From contig JAPLWI010000011.1 in assembly GCA_026396675.1 (NCBI GenBank), positions 1-59,472 on the forward strand: a DNA stretch of 59,472 nucleotides, written 5' to 3'. The position numbers were made by a program, and so were the translations under genes. The stretch comes from Candidatus Kaiserbacteria bacterium. GTDB taxonomy: Bacteria; Patescibacteriota; Minisyncoccia; Phycocordibacterales; Phycocordibacteraceae. The notes beneath the pieces are model-generated. The model was not told the origin of the DNA. It was given only the letters and a program-made list of their open reading frames with translations, and ran no database searches. Shown one piece after another: positions 27,255-36,874 of this stretch; position 1 is the stretch's first letter; each line of letters begins with the position of its first letter.

Positions 27255-28385
27255 CTAACGAATTATCGCTCCGAAATTTTTAACTGTTGCGGTCTCTAGT
27301 TCTTTATGAAGCGCGTTCACTTCTTCGTTGGTAAGTGTGCGGTCCAAACTGCGATAAGTGATTCGGTATGCGTAACTCACCTTGCCGACACCCAATTTTT
27401 CTTCATTTTCATATTTATCAATGAGTTCCATTTGTTCGGCCGTATCCCCAATGACATCGCGCACCAGATCAAAATAATTATTCGGTTCAAAATCTTTGTT
27501 CACGATAAATGAGATATCGCGAATGATAGACGGGTATTTACTTACCTCTTTAAATTTCGTCCCGAGCCGAAGCTGTTTCTTAACACGGTCGTCATCTGAC
27601 CAAAGAAGACGAATATCTGGAAGTTCCATCGAAATAATCGCAAGTCGTTCAAGACCGAAACCGAATGCCCAGCCATTATATCCCTCAAGACCCATCTTTT
27701 TCAAAACGCTTTTTTTCGGCATTCCGCCACCGAGTATTTCTACCCACTCGTCACCAATTTTAACTTCGACCTGCAAAGAAGGATCCGTATACGGGAAGAT
27801 ATCATCCAAGAAGCGATATTCAGTTTCTTTGCCAAAGACGCTCTGCACGATTTCAGACAGTATGTTTTTTAAGTCATCGAGTACCAAGGTTTTCTCAGAG
27901 TCCGGTACCAAATACCATCCACCCATCTGATGGAAAATATTCATGTGCCGGCGGTCAATTTCGTCTTTGCGATACACTTTTCCGTAACAGAGTGTGCCCA
28001 ACGATTCGCCATTTGCAATGCGCGCCTTAATCTCCGGCTGGTTTAAATAGTAGTACCAGAATACAGTATCGTGCGTGCGCAGGATGTTCTTGTCGTCTGC
28101 ATAATATGTGTCCGAGGTTGAACGTGCTGGGTGGTCGTCGGGGAAGTCGAATAGGTCAAAACTGATGCTCGCAGGCACTATCTCTGGTATTTCAATAACA
28201 TCAAATCCTTTCACTATAGGCAGTTCTTTCACGCGTTTTACGATTTCAGCTATAGGACTTGTGCTGGTTCGTGATAAGTCGGGCATTGCCAAATAACGCT
28301 TCATTCTCGCCGCGTCAACATCGGATCGTGCCTCTAAATCTGCCCGTAATCGTTCCTCCTCCGCCATCGATATTTTGATATCCAT
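27255..28385 (-). CDS. pheS: Single-chain phenylalanyl-tRNA synthetase (catalytic alpha domain + FDX-ACB anticodon-binding domain)
   Basis: FD.F..PDDHPAR, LRTH, YRKDEIDRRH..FHQ and GWAFGFGLERLA, then YPSIIRDISF...YRITYRSLDRTLT. Confidence 0.92.
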   Translation of the reverse strand: MDIKISMAEEERLRADLEARSDVDAARMKRYLAMPDLSRTSTSPIAEIVKRVKELPIVKGFDVIEIPEIVPASISFDLFDFPDDHPARSTSDTYYADDKNILRTHDTVFWYYYLNQPEIKARIANGESLGTLCYGKVYRKDEIDRRHMNIFHQMGGWYLVPDSEKTLVLDDLKNILSEIVQSVFGKETEYRFLDDIFPYTDPSLQVEVKIGDEWVEILGGGMPKKSVLKKMGLEGYNGWAFGFGLERLAIISMELPDIRLLWSDDDRVKKQLRLGTKFKEVSKYPSIIRDISFIVNKDFEPNNYFDLVRDVIGDTAEQMELIDKYENEEKLGVGKVSYAYRITYRSLDRTLTNEEVNALHKELETATVKNFGAIIR

Positions 28386-28434
28386 AATTGTTCCAGAATA
28401 GCATATTTTATGCTACAATATAGGAAATAACGGT

Positions 28435-30516
28435 ATGGTAAAAATATCTGAAAAAGAGCCTAAAAAGAAGGCCTATGACGCCTCGTCTATTACCGTCCTC
28501 GAAGGGCTCGAGCCGGTGAGAAAGCGCCCTGGAATGTACATCGGTACAACTGGTCCTGACGGTCTCCATCATCTCGTCTCAGAAATATTTGATAACGCAC
28601 GTGATGAAGCAATGGTGGGCAGATGCGACGATATAGAAGTCGCGCTTTTGCCGGATGGTTATGTACGCGTTGCCGATAACGGCAACGGCATTCCTGTAGG
28701 CATCCATCCGAAAACGAAGGTTTCAGCGCTTGAGACCATTATGACGACGCTTCATGCTGGCGGTAAATTTGATAATGAAGCGTACAAGGTATCGGGCGGC
28801 TTGCACGGTGTAGGCGCGTCGGTGGTAAATGCCCTTTCAGAAAAAACGAAAGTGGTCGTGCATCAGGACGGTGGTATGCATATGCAGGAATATAAAATCG
28901 GCAAGCCGCTCGCAAAAGTGAAAAAAATCGGCACCAGTAAAGAACACGGTACCATCGTACTCTTCAAACCGGATATTGAAATTTTCAAAGAAGGCGTCGA
29001 ATTTAATTTGGATAAAATCATAACGCATCTGCGTCAACAGGCATATTTGGTAAAAGGCGTTCGAGTTTCGGTGGTTGATTCACGAACGAACGAAAAAGCA
29101 TTTGAGACAGACACGATTTTTCTTCGTGAACAAAAACTCGGTGTTCCATCAACGACATTCTATTTCGAAGGCGGTTTGAAATCGCTTGTTGCATTCCATA
29201 ACAAACACCAGACACCCATACATAAAAATATTTTTTATGTTGAACGTGAACAGGACAAAGTCACGGTCGAAGTTGCATTCCAATATGTTGATGACATTAC
29301 ATCGAGAATCACCGCTTTTGCGAACAATACCTATAACATCGAAGGTGGTACGCACGTCACTGGCTTTAAAACGGCGCTCACACGCTCTCTGAACACATAC
29401 GGAAGAAACGCAAATATTTTGAAAGAGAAGGACGAGAATTTTACCGGTGATGATGTGCTTGAAGGCATCACAGCTGTCATTTCAGTGAAGCTTCCAGAAA
29501 TTCAATTCGAAGGACAAACTAAAGCGAAGCTCGGTTCGGTCGAGGCACAGGGCGCGGTTGGGACGATTTTCGGCGAAGCTCTCGGTGCTTTTCTTGAAGA
29601 AAATCCGGACGATGCACGCGCGATTATCAATAAAGTTCTTCTAGCGCTTAAATCGCGAAAGGCGGCGAAGGCGGCGAAGGATTCGGTACTACGCAAAGGC
29701 GCGTTGGAAGGGATGACCCTCCCAGGTAAGCTCGCTGACTGTCAGACCAAGAGTGCGGAAGAAGGTGAACTATTTATCGTTGAAGGTGACTCGGCCGGCG
29801 GTTCATCGAAGCAAGGTCGAGATCGTCGCACGCAGGCGATTCTCCCGTTGCGTGGCAAAATCTTGAATGTCGAGCGCGCGCGCCTTGACCGTATGCTCGC
29901 TTCAGTTGAAATTCGCGCGCTTATAGTCGCACTCGGTACAGCTATAGGTGATGTCTTTGATTTATCAAAATTGCGCTATCACAAAATTATAATCGCAACC
30001 GATGCCGATGTTGATGGTGCGCACATTCGTACACTACTTCTCACACTTTTTTACCGTCATTTCCGGCCGGTTATCGATGGTGGTTTTATATATATCGCTC
30101 AGCCGCCACTCTATAAAATCACGAAAGGGAAGGCGATGGCGTATGCGTATTCTGATAAAGAAAAAGAATCGGTGCTGAAAGAATTCGGTATCGCGGCGAA
30201 TGAAGTAGCGGTAGTCAGTGAGGGTGACGAAGTAGAATCAGTAGAAGAAACTGCAGAAGCCGCCTCCGCTGAAGCTACGGCGAGCCAAAGGAAACCAACT
30301 AAGGTAAATATTCAGCGCTATAAAGGTCTCGGCGAAATGAATCCGAGCGAGCTCTGGGAGACGACGATGAATCCGGCGCGGCGCGTGCTGAAGCGCGTGA
30401 ATGTTGAAGATGCCGAAGCAGCTGACCGCATTTTTGACATTCTCATGGGCACCGACGTCGCCGCACGCAAGTCCTTCATCCAATCAAACGCGAAATTGGC
30501 GACAGTGGATTTATAA
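28435..30516 (+). CDS. gyrB: DNA gyrase subunit B
   Basis: VRKRPGMYIG, EGDSAGG, PLRGK and QRYKGLGEMN motifs. Confidence 0.95.
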   Translation: MVKISEKEPKKKAYDASSITVLEGLEPVRKRPGMYIGTTGPDGLHHLVSEIFDNARDEAMVGRCDDIEVALLPDGYVRVADNGNGIPVGIHPKTKVSALETIMTTLHAGGKFDNEAYKVSGGLHGVGASVVNALSEKTKVVVHQDGGMHMQEYKIGKPLAKVKKIGTSKEHGTIVLFKPDIEIFKEGVEFNLDKIITHLRQQAYLVKGVRVSVVDSRTNEKAFETDTIFLREQKLGVPSTTFYFEGGLKSLVAFHNKHQTPIHKNIFYVEREQDKVTVEVAFQYVDDITSRITAFANNTYNIEGGTHVTGFKTALTRSLNTYGRNANILKEKDENFTGDDVLEGITAVISVKLPEIQFEGQTKAKLGSVEAQGAVGTIFGEALGAFLEENPDDARAIINKVLLALKSRKAAKAAKDSVLRKGALEGMTLPGKLADCQTKSAEEGELFIVEGDSAGGSSKQGRDRRTQAILPLRGKILNVERARLDRMLASVEIRALIVALGTAIGDVFDLSKLRYHKIIIATDADVDGAHIRTLLLTLFYRHFRPVIDGGFIYIAQPPLYKITKGKAMAYAYSDKEKESVLKEFGIAANEVAVVSEGDEVESVEETAEAASAEATASQRKPTKVNIQRYKGLGEMNPSELWETTMNPARRVLKRVNVEDAEAADRIFDILMGTDVAARKSFIQSNAKLATVDL

Positions 30517-30545
30517 TTTCTTGAGAAAAGGGAAGTCTGACTTCC

Positions 30546-31766
30546 CTATTTACGCGTTTTGATTTCTTCGGTCGCGCGGGATATAAAGTTGGCGAGCGAA
30601 GTGATGTCTAGTTTGCCCGCATCACGACTCTCAATTGAAACAGTTTTTGATTCGGCTTCTTTATCACCGACGACGATGAGATAGGGAATTTTTTCCATCT
30701 TCGCAGAGCGGATTTTTTTACCAAGGGTTTCGTTTGAGTCGTCAACTTCAACGCGGATATTTTCTGCCTTCAGTCCATCAGTAACTTCCTGCGCGTATTT
30801 TGCGTGTTTCTCCGATACGCTCAACACCTTGGTCTGCACCGGCGAGAGCCAGAGCGGCAACACCCCAGCTGTGTGTTCAAGAAGAACGGCAGCAAAGCGT
30901 TCGATAGAACCCATAATCGCTGAGTGAATCATAACGACCCGTTCACGCTCTCCTTTTTCATTTATACACACTAGGTCAAAACGTTCAGGCATATTGAAAT
31001 CAAGCTGGACAGTCGCCACTTGATGTTGGCGGCCTATAGAATCGGTGGCGAGAAAGTCGAGCTTCGGTCCGTAAAGCGCAGCTTCGCCAGGCGCTTCAAA
31101 CGAATCGGTACCGCGTCCAGAAGCGATTTCTCGCAGGGCATCTTCTGCCTTCTTCCAAATTTCTGGCGTACCAAGATATTTTTCTGGTGTCTTCGGATCG
31201 TGGAATGAGAGGCGTACTTTAAGTTCTGTGAACCCAAACTTTTTATAAAATGTATCAATAATGTCCCAGATCTTTAAGAACTCATCTTTAATTTGTGAAG
31301 TGCGGCAGAATACGTGACTGTCATCTTGAGTAATTGAAAGAACGCGAGTGAGACCATTTAATTCGCCTGACTGCTCATCACGATATACCATCGTCGTTTC
31401 CGCATATCTCTGTGGCATTTCACGATACGAGTGCGGTTTGCGATCAAAAATCTGAGTATGATGTGGGCAACTCATTGGCTTGAGTGCATACTCGCGTTCA
31501 TCTCGGGATTCTATTTTGAAAAGGTCGTCGGAGAATTTCTGCCAGTGTCCTGACTTCTCGTACAACTCACGCTTCGTTATATGCGGAATAGTGACGCGTT
31601 GATAATCGTATTTGGAACGCAATTCCCATACAAATCGATCAAGTTCTTGACGAAGAATGGTGCCCTTCGGTGTCCAGAGAGGAAGGCCAGAGCCAACTAA
31701 TTCGGAGAAAGTAAATAAATCAAGTTCTTTGCCGAGCTTCTTATGGTCTCGTTCTTTATCATCCAT
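30546..31766 (-). CDS. thrS: Threonyl-tRNA synthetase lacking the N-terminal TGS/editing domains
   Basis: Begins at DHKKLG; contains KPMSCP, YGPKLD, TVQLDF and GSIERF. Confidence 0.93.
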   Translation of the reverse strand: MDDKERDHKKLGKELDLFTFSELVGSGLPLWTPKGTILRQELDRFVWELRSKYDYQRVTIPHITKRELYEKSGHWQKFSDDLFKIESRDEREYALKPMSCPHHTQIFDRKPHSYREMPQRYAETTMVYRDEQSGELNGLTRVLSITQDDSHVFCRTSQIKDEFLKIWDIIDTFYKKFGFTELKVRLSFHDPKTPEKYLGTPEIWKKAEDALREIASGRGTDSFEAPGEAALYGPKLDFLATDSIGRQHQVATVQLDFNMPERFDLVCINEKGERERVVMIHSAIMGSIERFAAVLLEHTAGVLPLWLSPVQTKVLSVSEKHAKYAQEVTDGLKAENIRVEVDDSNETLGKKIRSAKMEKIPYLIVVGDKEAESKTVSIESRDAGKLDITSLANFISRATEEIKTRK

Positions 31767-31789
31767 ATTTACAGAATATATCACATTTC

Positions 31790-34700
31790 TCAAAGCACCT
31801 TAAGTTCTTCTATCGCAATTGATGGTTCGCCATTCCTGACTGAGACCTTACCCTTCGCGAGGAGACACTCGCCCGAAACGAACGTCTTTGCATGTTCTTT
31901 GAAAAGTTTCGGGAAGACGACCGCCTCAATTGAACCGGTCATATCGCCTAATTTAAGGAATGCCATTTTTTCTCCGCTCTTGGTGAGAATACTGCGCACT
32001 GAAATAACGAGAACCGGTACAATAACTGGCATCCCCGGTTGCGGTTCCGTGATAATTTTTGCAATTGTAATCTTCGCCTTCGCGAGCAGTGTTGCGTATG
32101 CTTCAAGCGGATGGCCGCTCACATAAATACCAAGCAATTCTTTTTCCCACGCAAGTTTATTGAGAAGCGAAGCAGATTTCCCTTGTCGGAGGGTAAGCGA
32201 AGATTCCGAGCCAAGCGAGGAACCAAAGAGAGAGTCCTGTGGCGCCTGCGCGGTCGCTTCACGATGAAATGCGAGCAGCGTTTCAACATTTTCTAGAAGA
32301 GTTCCTCGTTCGCCAAGAGAATCTAACGCACCACATTTGATCAAGGATTCGAGCGATTTGCGATTGAGGTTTTTCGAACTAATTCTGGAGAGGAATTCTG
32401 GAAGCGTTTTGAATTGTCCATGTGTTTTTCGTTCTTCGATAATCGCTTCTGAAATGCCGTCACCGAAGTTTTTAATTGAAGAAAGCCCGAAACGAATTGC
32501 ATCTTCACTCACGACAGTGAACGCCGTGCCACTTTCATTCACGTCAGGCGGTAAAATTTTGATGCCCATTCGAGAGGCCTCGGCTACGAAGATTGCGATT
32601 TGTTCAGTATCGCCCGAGTCGGCGGTCAGAAGAGAGGCGACATACTCAACCGGATAATTCGCTTTCATATATGCGGTTTGGTAGGCAACCAGCCCGTAAG
32701 ATGCTGAATGCGCCTTGTTGAATCCATATGCGGCGAATGGCTCAATCCAATCCCATACCTTTCTGGCTTTGGGTGGTGGCCATCCCGAGTGCGAGATGCA
32801 TCCTTCTATGAATTTATCTTTTTGCTTCTGCATTTCTGCTGGAATTTTTTTGCCGACCGCTTTACGGAATTTGTCTACTTCGCCCCAAGAATATTTAGCG
32901 AACTCATGCGCCATGATCAGGAGGTCGTCTTGATAAACTAGGATGCCGTAGGTCTGTTTCAAAATTGGCTCCATTGCAGGATCAAGATAGGTGATGAGTT
33001 TTGGATTGTGTTTTCGCTCAATGTATTGAGGTATAAATTGCATTGGCCCAGGACGATAAAGAGCGACCATCGCGTTAATGTCGTGGATTGTTGTTGGCCG
33101 GAGCTCTTTCAGCCAACGAGTCATTCCGGAACCATTTAGTTGAAACACTCCTTCGGTCTCACCGCGCGCGAGCATCTCGAATGTTTTTGTGTCATCAATT
33201 GGAATACTTTCAATATCAATAGCTATACCTTGCGTCTCTTTAACTCGTGCGATTGTATCCGCAAGAATAGAAAGATTTTTGATGCCTAGGAAATCGAATT
33301 TAGTGAGTCCAACGCCATCCTCACCAACAGAATACATATCGTACTGTGTAATGATTTTACCTGTGCCTTTTGGGTCAGGCTGTATCGGCGTCCAATCAAC
33401 GACTGGTGTCGGCGCAATTACGACGCCAGCGGCGTGTACGCCAACATGTCGTACGCAGCCTTCGATGCGTTTCGCAACATTAATAATCTCTCGTGTGTCG
33501 TCATCCTCGTCATACAGCGTTTTCAAATCCGGTTCCAATTCAAGCGCGTGATCAATCGTCATCGGGAATCCCTGCGAGCCGATTGGGATGAGTTTCGCGA
33601 TGCGATCGCCAGTGTTGTATGAATGGCCGAGAGCACGTGCGACGTCGCGAACAGCGGCACGCGCCATCATTGTGCCGAATGTACCGATCTGTGCGACATG
33701 GTCATCCCCGTATTTTTCACGCGCATATTCGATGACTTCATCACGACGATTGTCAGCAAAATCCATGTCTATATCCGGTGCCGAAGGACGTTCAGGGTTG
33801 AGGAATCGTTCAAACGGTATTTTATATTCCAGAGGGTCTATCTTAGTGATTCGCAGTAAGTAAGTAGCCATTGATCCTGCCACCGACCCGCGGATGTTGG
33901 TATAAATATTTCGTTCGCGCGCAAAGCGAACAAGGTCTTCTACAACAAGAAAGTATGCCGCGTAACCCTTTAGTTTAATGATGTTTAGCTCATATTCGAG
34001 ACGTTCTAGGACATCTTTTCGGTCGTCTAGTCTGCGCACCTTGATGCCATCGAGGCACAATTCATGCAAGACTTCATCAGCAGTTTTCCCAGTTGGAAGA
34101 GGAAAATTCGGGAATACGAATTTCCCAAGAGTGAGTTCTACATTACAGCGTTCAGCGATTAAGCCAGAATTCGTTATCGCTTCTGGAATATCGGAGAAAA
34201 ATTTCTCGGCAGTTTTTTCGCTTATGAAAGAGAAATCCTCGTCTTCATTTTTCCCACGCGCGCCATGCTGAATGCGCCGCATAATCTCGGTTGCCTCGCG
34301 ATCGTCGGGCTCCAGATAATACACATCATTTTGAGCGACGAGCGGAGTATTACTTTCTCGCGCGAGTGCTACGATTTTTTTCATTCGTGTTTCGTGTCCA
34401 GCGACTCGTGGGTGGTGTGTAATTTCAAGGAAAACGTTTCCTTCACCGAATATTTGTTTGAATTCCGCGAGCGCCGCCGCGGCGCCATTAGCATCGTCTG
34501 CCCGCAAAAGTTGTGCAACATCACCAGCGAAGGACGGCAGAATCGCGATGAGACCATTGTGATACTCGCGCAAAAGTTCTTTATCAAGACGTGGCCGCTC
34601 AAAAAATCCTTCCGTCCACGATTTCGTCACGAGTACGAGCAGATTTTTATAGCCCAAATTATTTTCTGCGAGAAGTACAATGCGTGAACGTTTCGCGTCA

Positions 34701-34948
34701 ATGTCTCGATCCTTATCGTGCCGCGAACGCGGTGCGAGATACGCATCAACGCCGAGAATCGGTTTTATTCCCGCATTGATTGCGGCTTTGTAGAATTCGA
34801 TGGCGCCGTGCATATTGCCGGCGTCGGTAAGTGCAAGCGCATCCATACCTTCCTTCCTCGCTTTTTCAACCAACTCCTCTACCTTTGGCAATGCTTGTAA
34901 AAAGGAATAATGGCTGTGAGTGTGAAGGTGGATGAATCGGCTCGCCAT
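31790..34948 (-). CDS. dnaE: DNA polymerase III alpha subunit
   Basis: PHP HLHTHSHYS, PDIDMDF and FAAYGFNKAH motifs. Confidence 0.97.
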   Translation of the reverse strand: MASRFIHLHTHSHYSFLQALPKVEELVEKARKEGMDALALTDAGNMHGAIEFYKAAINAGIKPILGVDAYLAPRSRHDKDRDIDAKRSRIVLLAENNLGYKNLLVLVTKSWTEGFFERPRLDKELLREYHNGLIAILPSFAGDVAQLLRADDANGAAAALAEFKQIFGEGNVFLEITHHPRVAGHETRMKKIVALARESNTPLVAQNDVYYLEPDDREATEIMRRIQHGARGKNEDEDFSFISEKTAEKFFSDIPEAITNSGLIAERCNVELTLGKFVFPNFPLPTGKTADEVLHELCLDGIKVRRLDDRKDVLERLEYELNIIKLKGYAAYFLVVEDLVRFARERNIYTNIRGSVAGSMATYLLRITKIDPLEYKIPFERFLNPERPSAPDIDMDFADNRRDEVIEYAREKYGDDHVAQIGTFGTMMARAAVRDVARALGHSYNTGDRIAKLIPIGSQGFPMTIDHALELEPDLKTLYDEDDDTREIINVAKRIEGCVRHVGVHAAGVVIAPTPVVDWTPIQPDPKGTGKIITQYDMYSVGEDGVGLTKFDFLGIKNLSILADTIARVKETQGIAIDIESIPIDDTKTFEMLARGETEGVFQLNGSGMTRWLKELRPTTIHDINAMVALYRPGPMQFIPQYIERKHNPKLITYLDPAMEPILKQTYGILVYQDDLLIMAHEFAKYSWGEVDKFRKAVGKKIPAEMQKQKDKFIEGCISHSGWPPPKARKVWDWIEPFAAYGFNKAHSASYGLVAYQTAYMKANYPVEYVASLLTADSGDTEQIAIFVAEASRMGIKILPPDVNESGTAFTVVSEDAIRFGLSSIKNFGDGISEAIIEERKTHGQFKTLPEFLSRISSKNLNRKSLESLIKCGALDSLGERGTLLENVETLLAFHREATAQAPQDSLFGSSLGSESSLTLRQGKSASLLNKLAWEKELLGIYVSGHPLEAYATLLAKAKITIAKIITEPQPGMPVIVPVLVISVRSILTKSGEKMAFLKLGDMTGSIEAVVFPKLFKEHAKTFVSGECLLAKGKVSVRNGEPSIAIEELKVL

Positions 34949-34970
34949 TGGCACAGTATATACTTTCTTA

Positions 34971-35546
34971 ATGAGATTCACGTTGGGGGTAGATGAAGCG
35001 GGGCGCGGGCCGCTCGCTGGGCCGGTTGCGGTCGGAGTTATTGCAGTTCAGGAAGGATTTGATGTGGCGAGAGAATTTCCTGGAGTTGCGGACTCAAAAA
35101 AACTGTCAGAAAAGAAGAGAGAAAAGCTTTTCGAAATGCTTGAAGAACGCGTCGCCTATGGCGACGCGCGTTTCTGTGTGGAATTTGAAAGTGCTGAGAC
35201 AATAGATAAAGAAGGCATCGTCTTCGCAGTTCGCCACGCGCTCTGGCGCGGCGTGAATGCACTTGCACCAGATGCAGCATTGGTAAAAATACAATTAGAC
35301 GGCGCGCTTCGCGCGCCGCCAGAATATTCGCAAGAAACCATCATTAACGGCGACGAACTTATACCAATTATTTCACTCGCATCAATTGCCGCAAAGGTAA
35401 CTCGTGATCGACTGATGAAAGAATTATCACTCCAGTATCCACAGTACGGTTTTGAAAAGCATAAGGGCTACGGTACTCGCGCGCATTACGCCGCGCTCTT
35501 AGAATTTGGTCCATGCGCCATTCATCGTCGTTCGTTTCTGCATTGA
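34971..35546 (+). CDS. rnhB: Ribonuclease HII
   Basis: GVDEAGRGPLAGPV, DSKKL and ASIAAKV motifs. Confidence 0.95.
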   Translation: MRFTLGVDEAGRGPLAGPVAVGVIAVQEGFDVAREFPGVADSKKLSEKKREKLFEMLEERVAYGDARFCVEFESAETIDKEGIVFAVRHALWRGVNALAPDAALVKIQLDGALRAPPEYSQETIINGDELIPIISLASIAAKVTRDRLMKELSLQYPQYGFEKHKGYGTRAHYAALLEFGPCAIHRRSFLH

Positions 35547-35635
35547 TTACGCTTCTTGACCCATTCTTTCTTTGAGAGTATAAGTGATATCGGTGAGGTC
35601 TCGATCTCATACATTGATCTTTTCGGAGGTGTCAA

Positions 35636-36406
35636 ATGGGAAAGGAACAAATGGCTTCGGTCAGTAAAACTTTAGCCCAAAAGATGTTGGAATTTGCCCT
35701 TGGTCAAAAAAGCGTTTCCTTCGGCGAGCTATCCACAGAAGAAGGAGATAAGCTGCTACGGTCTACATTGGAGGAGGTTAATTTGAGAGAGTTGCGCGGA
35801 TTTAAGCCCCTCAAAGATTTATTGATCATTCATCCGGGGAGTTTCATGTACGGCGGCGCTCCCGTGCACACTTTAGAGGTGGAGTTCTTGGATTTAGATC
35901 CAAATGTCTCCCTTCATACCGAGTCCGATGAAGAGAAACCCCAAGTTAATCTGGATACTTACGTCTTGCCTCTTTCCCGCGTGAGAAGGGCCGCCATCTT
36001 CAAACGACACGAATCGGACGAGGAAACTAGGGACTATCAAACGGCAGTTTCGTGGGGCAGGTCGGCTTATCATCACAGAGGAAACGGCAAAATTTTGGCG
36101 CTACGGAGGCCCAATAATCATACGAGGGCCGATGAAAACCTTGTCATTGTCGAGTTCAAGTACGAAAAAATTCCGCTCGAGGCGAGGTATGTGATTAAAG
36201 AAATCACAACACATTCCCTTCCGTTAGAGAAATTCCGCGAGCATTTTGGTTCATCATATGAGCGAATGGCTGTCGAGCTCATAAGTGAACTCCAAACGGC
36301 CTATGAACGCACCTCGAATGAGCTAAAGAGTCAGCTCGACCGTATTTCCGGAAAAGCTCTGAAACTGGGAAGATTGTCGAATGCTCTTGAGTACATTCGC
36401 GGATAA
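35636..36406 (+). CDS. Hypothetical protein (stand-alone cassette)
   Basis: 256-aa ORF preceded by TTGACC-17-TATAAG (35556-35584) and a GGAGGT SD, followed by a terminator. Confidence 0.7.
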   Translation: MGKEQMASVSKTLAQKMLEFALGQKSVSFGELSTEEGDKLLRSTLEEVNLRELRGFKPLKDLLIIHPGSFMYGGAPVHTLEVEFLDLDPNVSLHTESDEEKPQVNLDTYVLPLSRVRRAAIFKRHESDEETRDYQTAVSWGRSAYHHRGNGKILALRRPNNHTRADENLVIVEFKYEKIPLEARYVIKEITTHSLPLEKFREHFGSSYERMAVELISELQTAYERTSNELKSQLDRISGKALKLGRLSNALEYIRG

Positions 36407-36409
36407 TTC

Positions 36410-36454
36410 AACCCCGCGCGGCTATTGTCGCGCGGGGTTTCTCTTTCTTTTTTT
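36410..36454 (+). terminator. Intrinsic terminator
   Basis: AACCCCGCGCG...CGCGCGGGGTT followed by a T-rich tail. Confidence 0.75.
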
Positions 36455-36478
36455 GTCGGTGCATGGTAGGGTAGCCGC

Positions 36479-36799
36479 ATGTCAATTCGCATGCGCCATA
36501 CGAGCGGTCACACTGGCAATCGCCGGTCGCATCATGCGCTCAAAGATATCCGCCTCGGGCATCGGCTCGATGAAGCTACTGGTATGTACCGTGGCAATCA
36601 GATTTTTACGCCGAAAGCGAAGGGCGAACATAAAACAAAAGTAAAAGGTTCTGATACGGAACCAACGGCAAAGCGTACGCATGAGCATGCTCATGAAGAA
36701 CATTCAAACGCTGAAGCGAAAAGCTCGAAAGGTATTTCTGGAAAAGTGGCAACAGCAACTCGTCCAAAAGCACGGAGCGGTTTTGGCGGCGGCGTTTAG
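36479..36799 (+). CDS. rpmF: 50S ribosomal protein L32, Cys-free, with a C-terminal extension
   Basis: R.T.....RRSHHAL and HR.....G.YRG motifs; lies upstream of nusB-rnc. Confidence 0.75.
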   Translation: MSIRMRHTSGHTGNRRSHHALKDIRLGHRLDEATGMYRGNQIFTPKAKGEHKTKVKGSDTEPTAKRTHEHAHEEHSNAEAKSSKGISGKVATATRPKARSGFGGGV

Positions 36800-36874
36800 T
36801 TGTTAGAAATTAATCCACCGCGGCCACATTGCGTGGCCGCGGTGTTTGCTATACTCACATCTATAGATCTTTCC

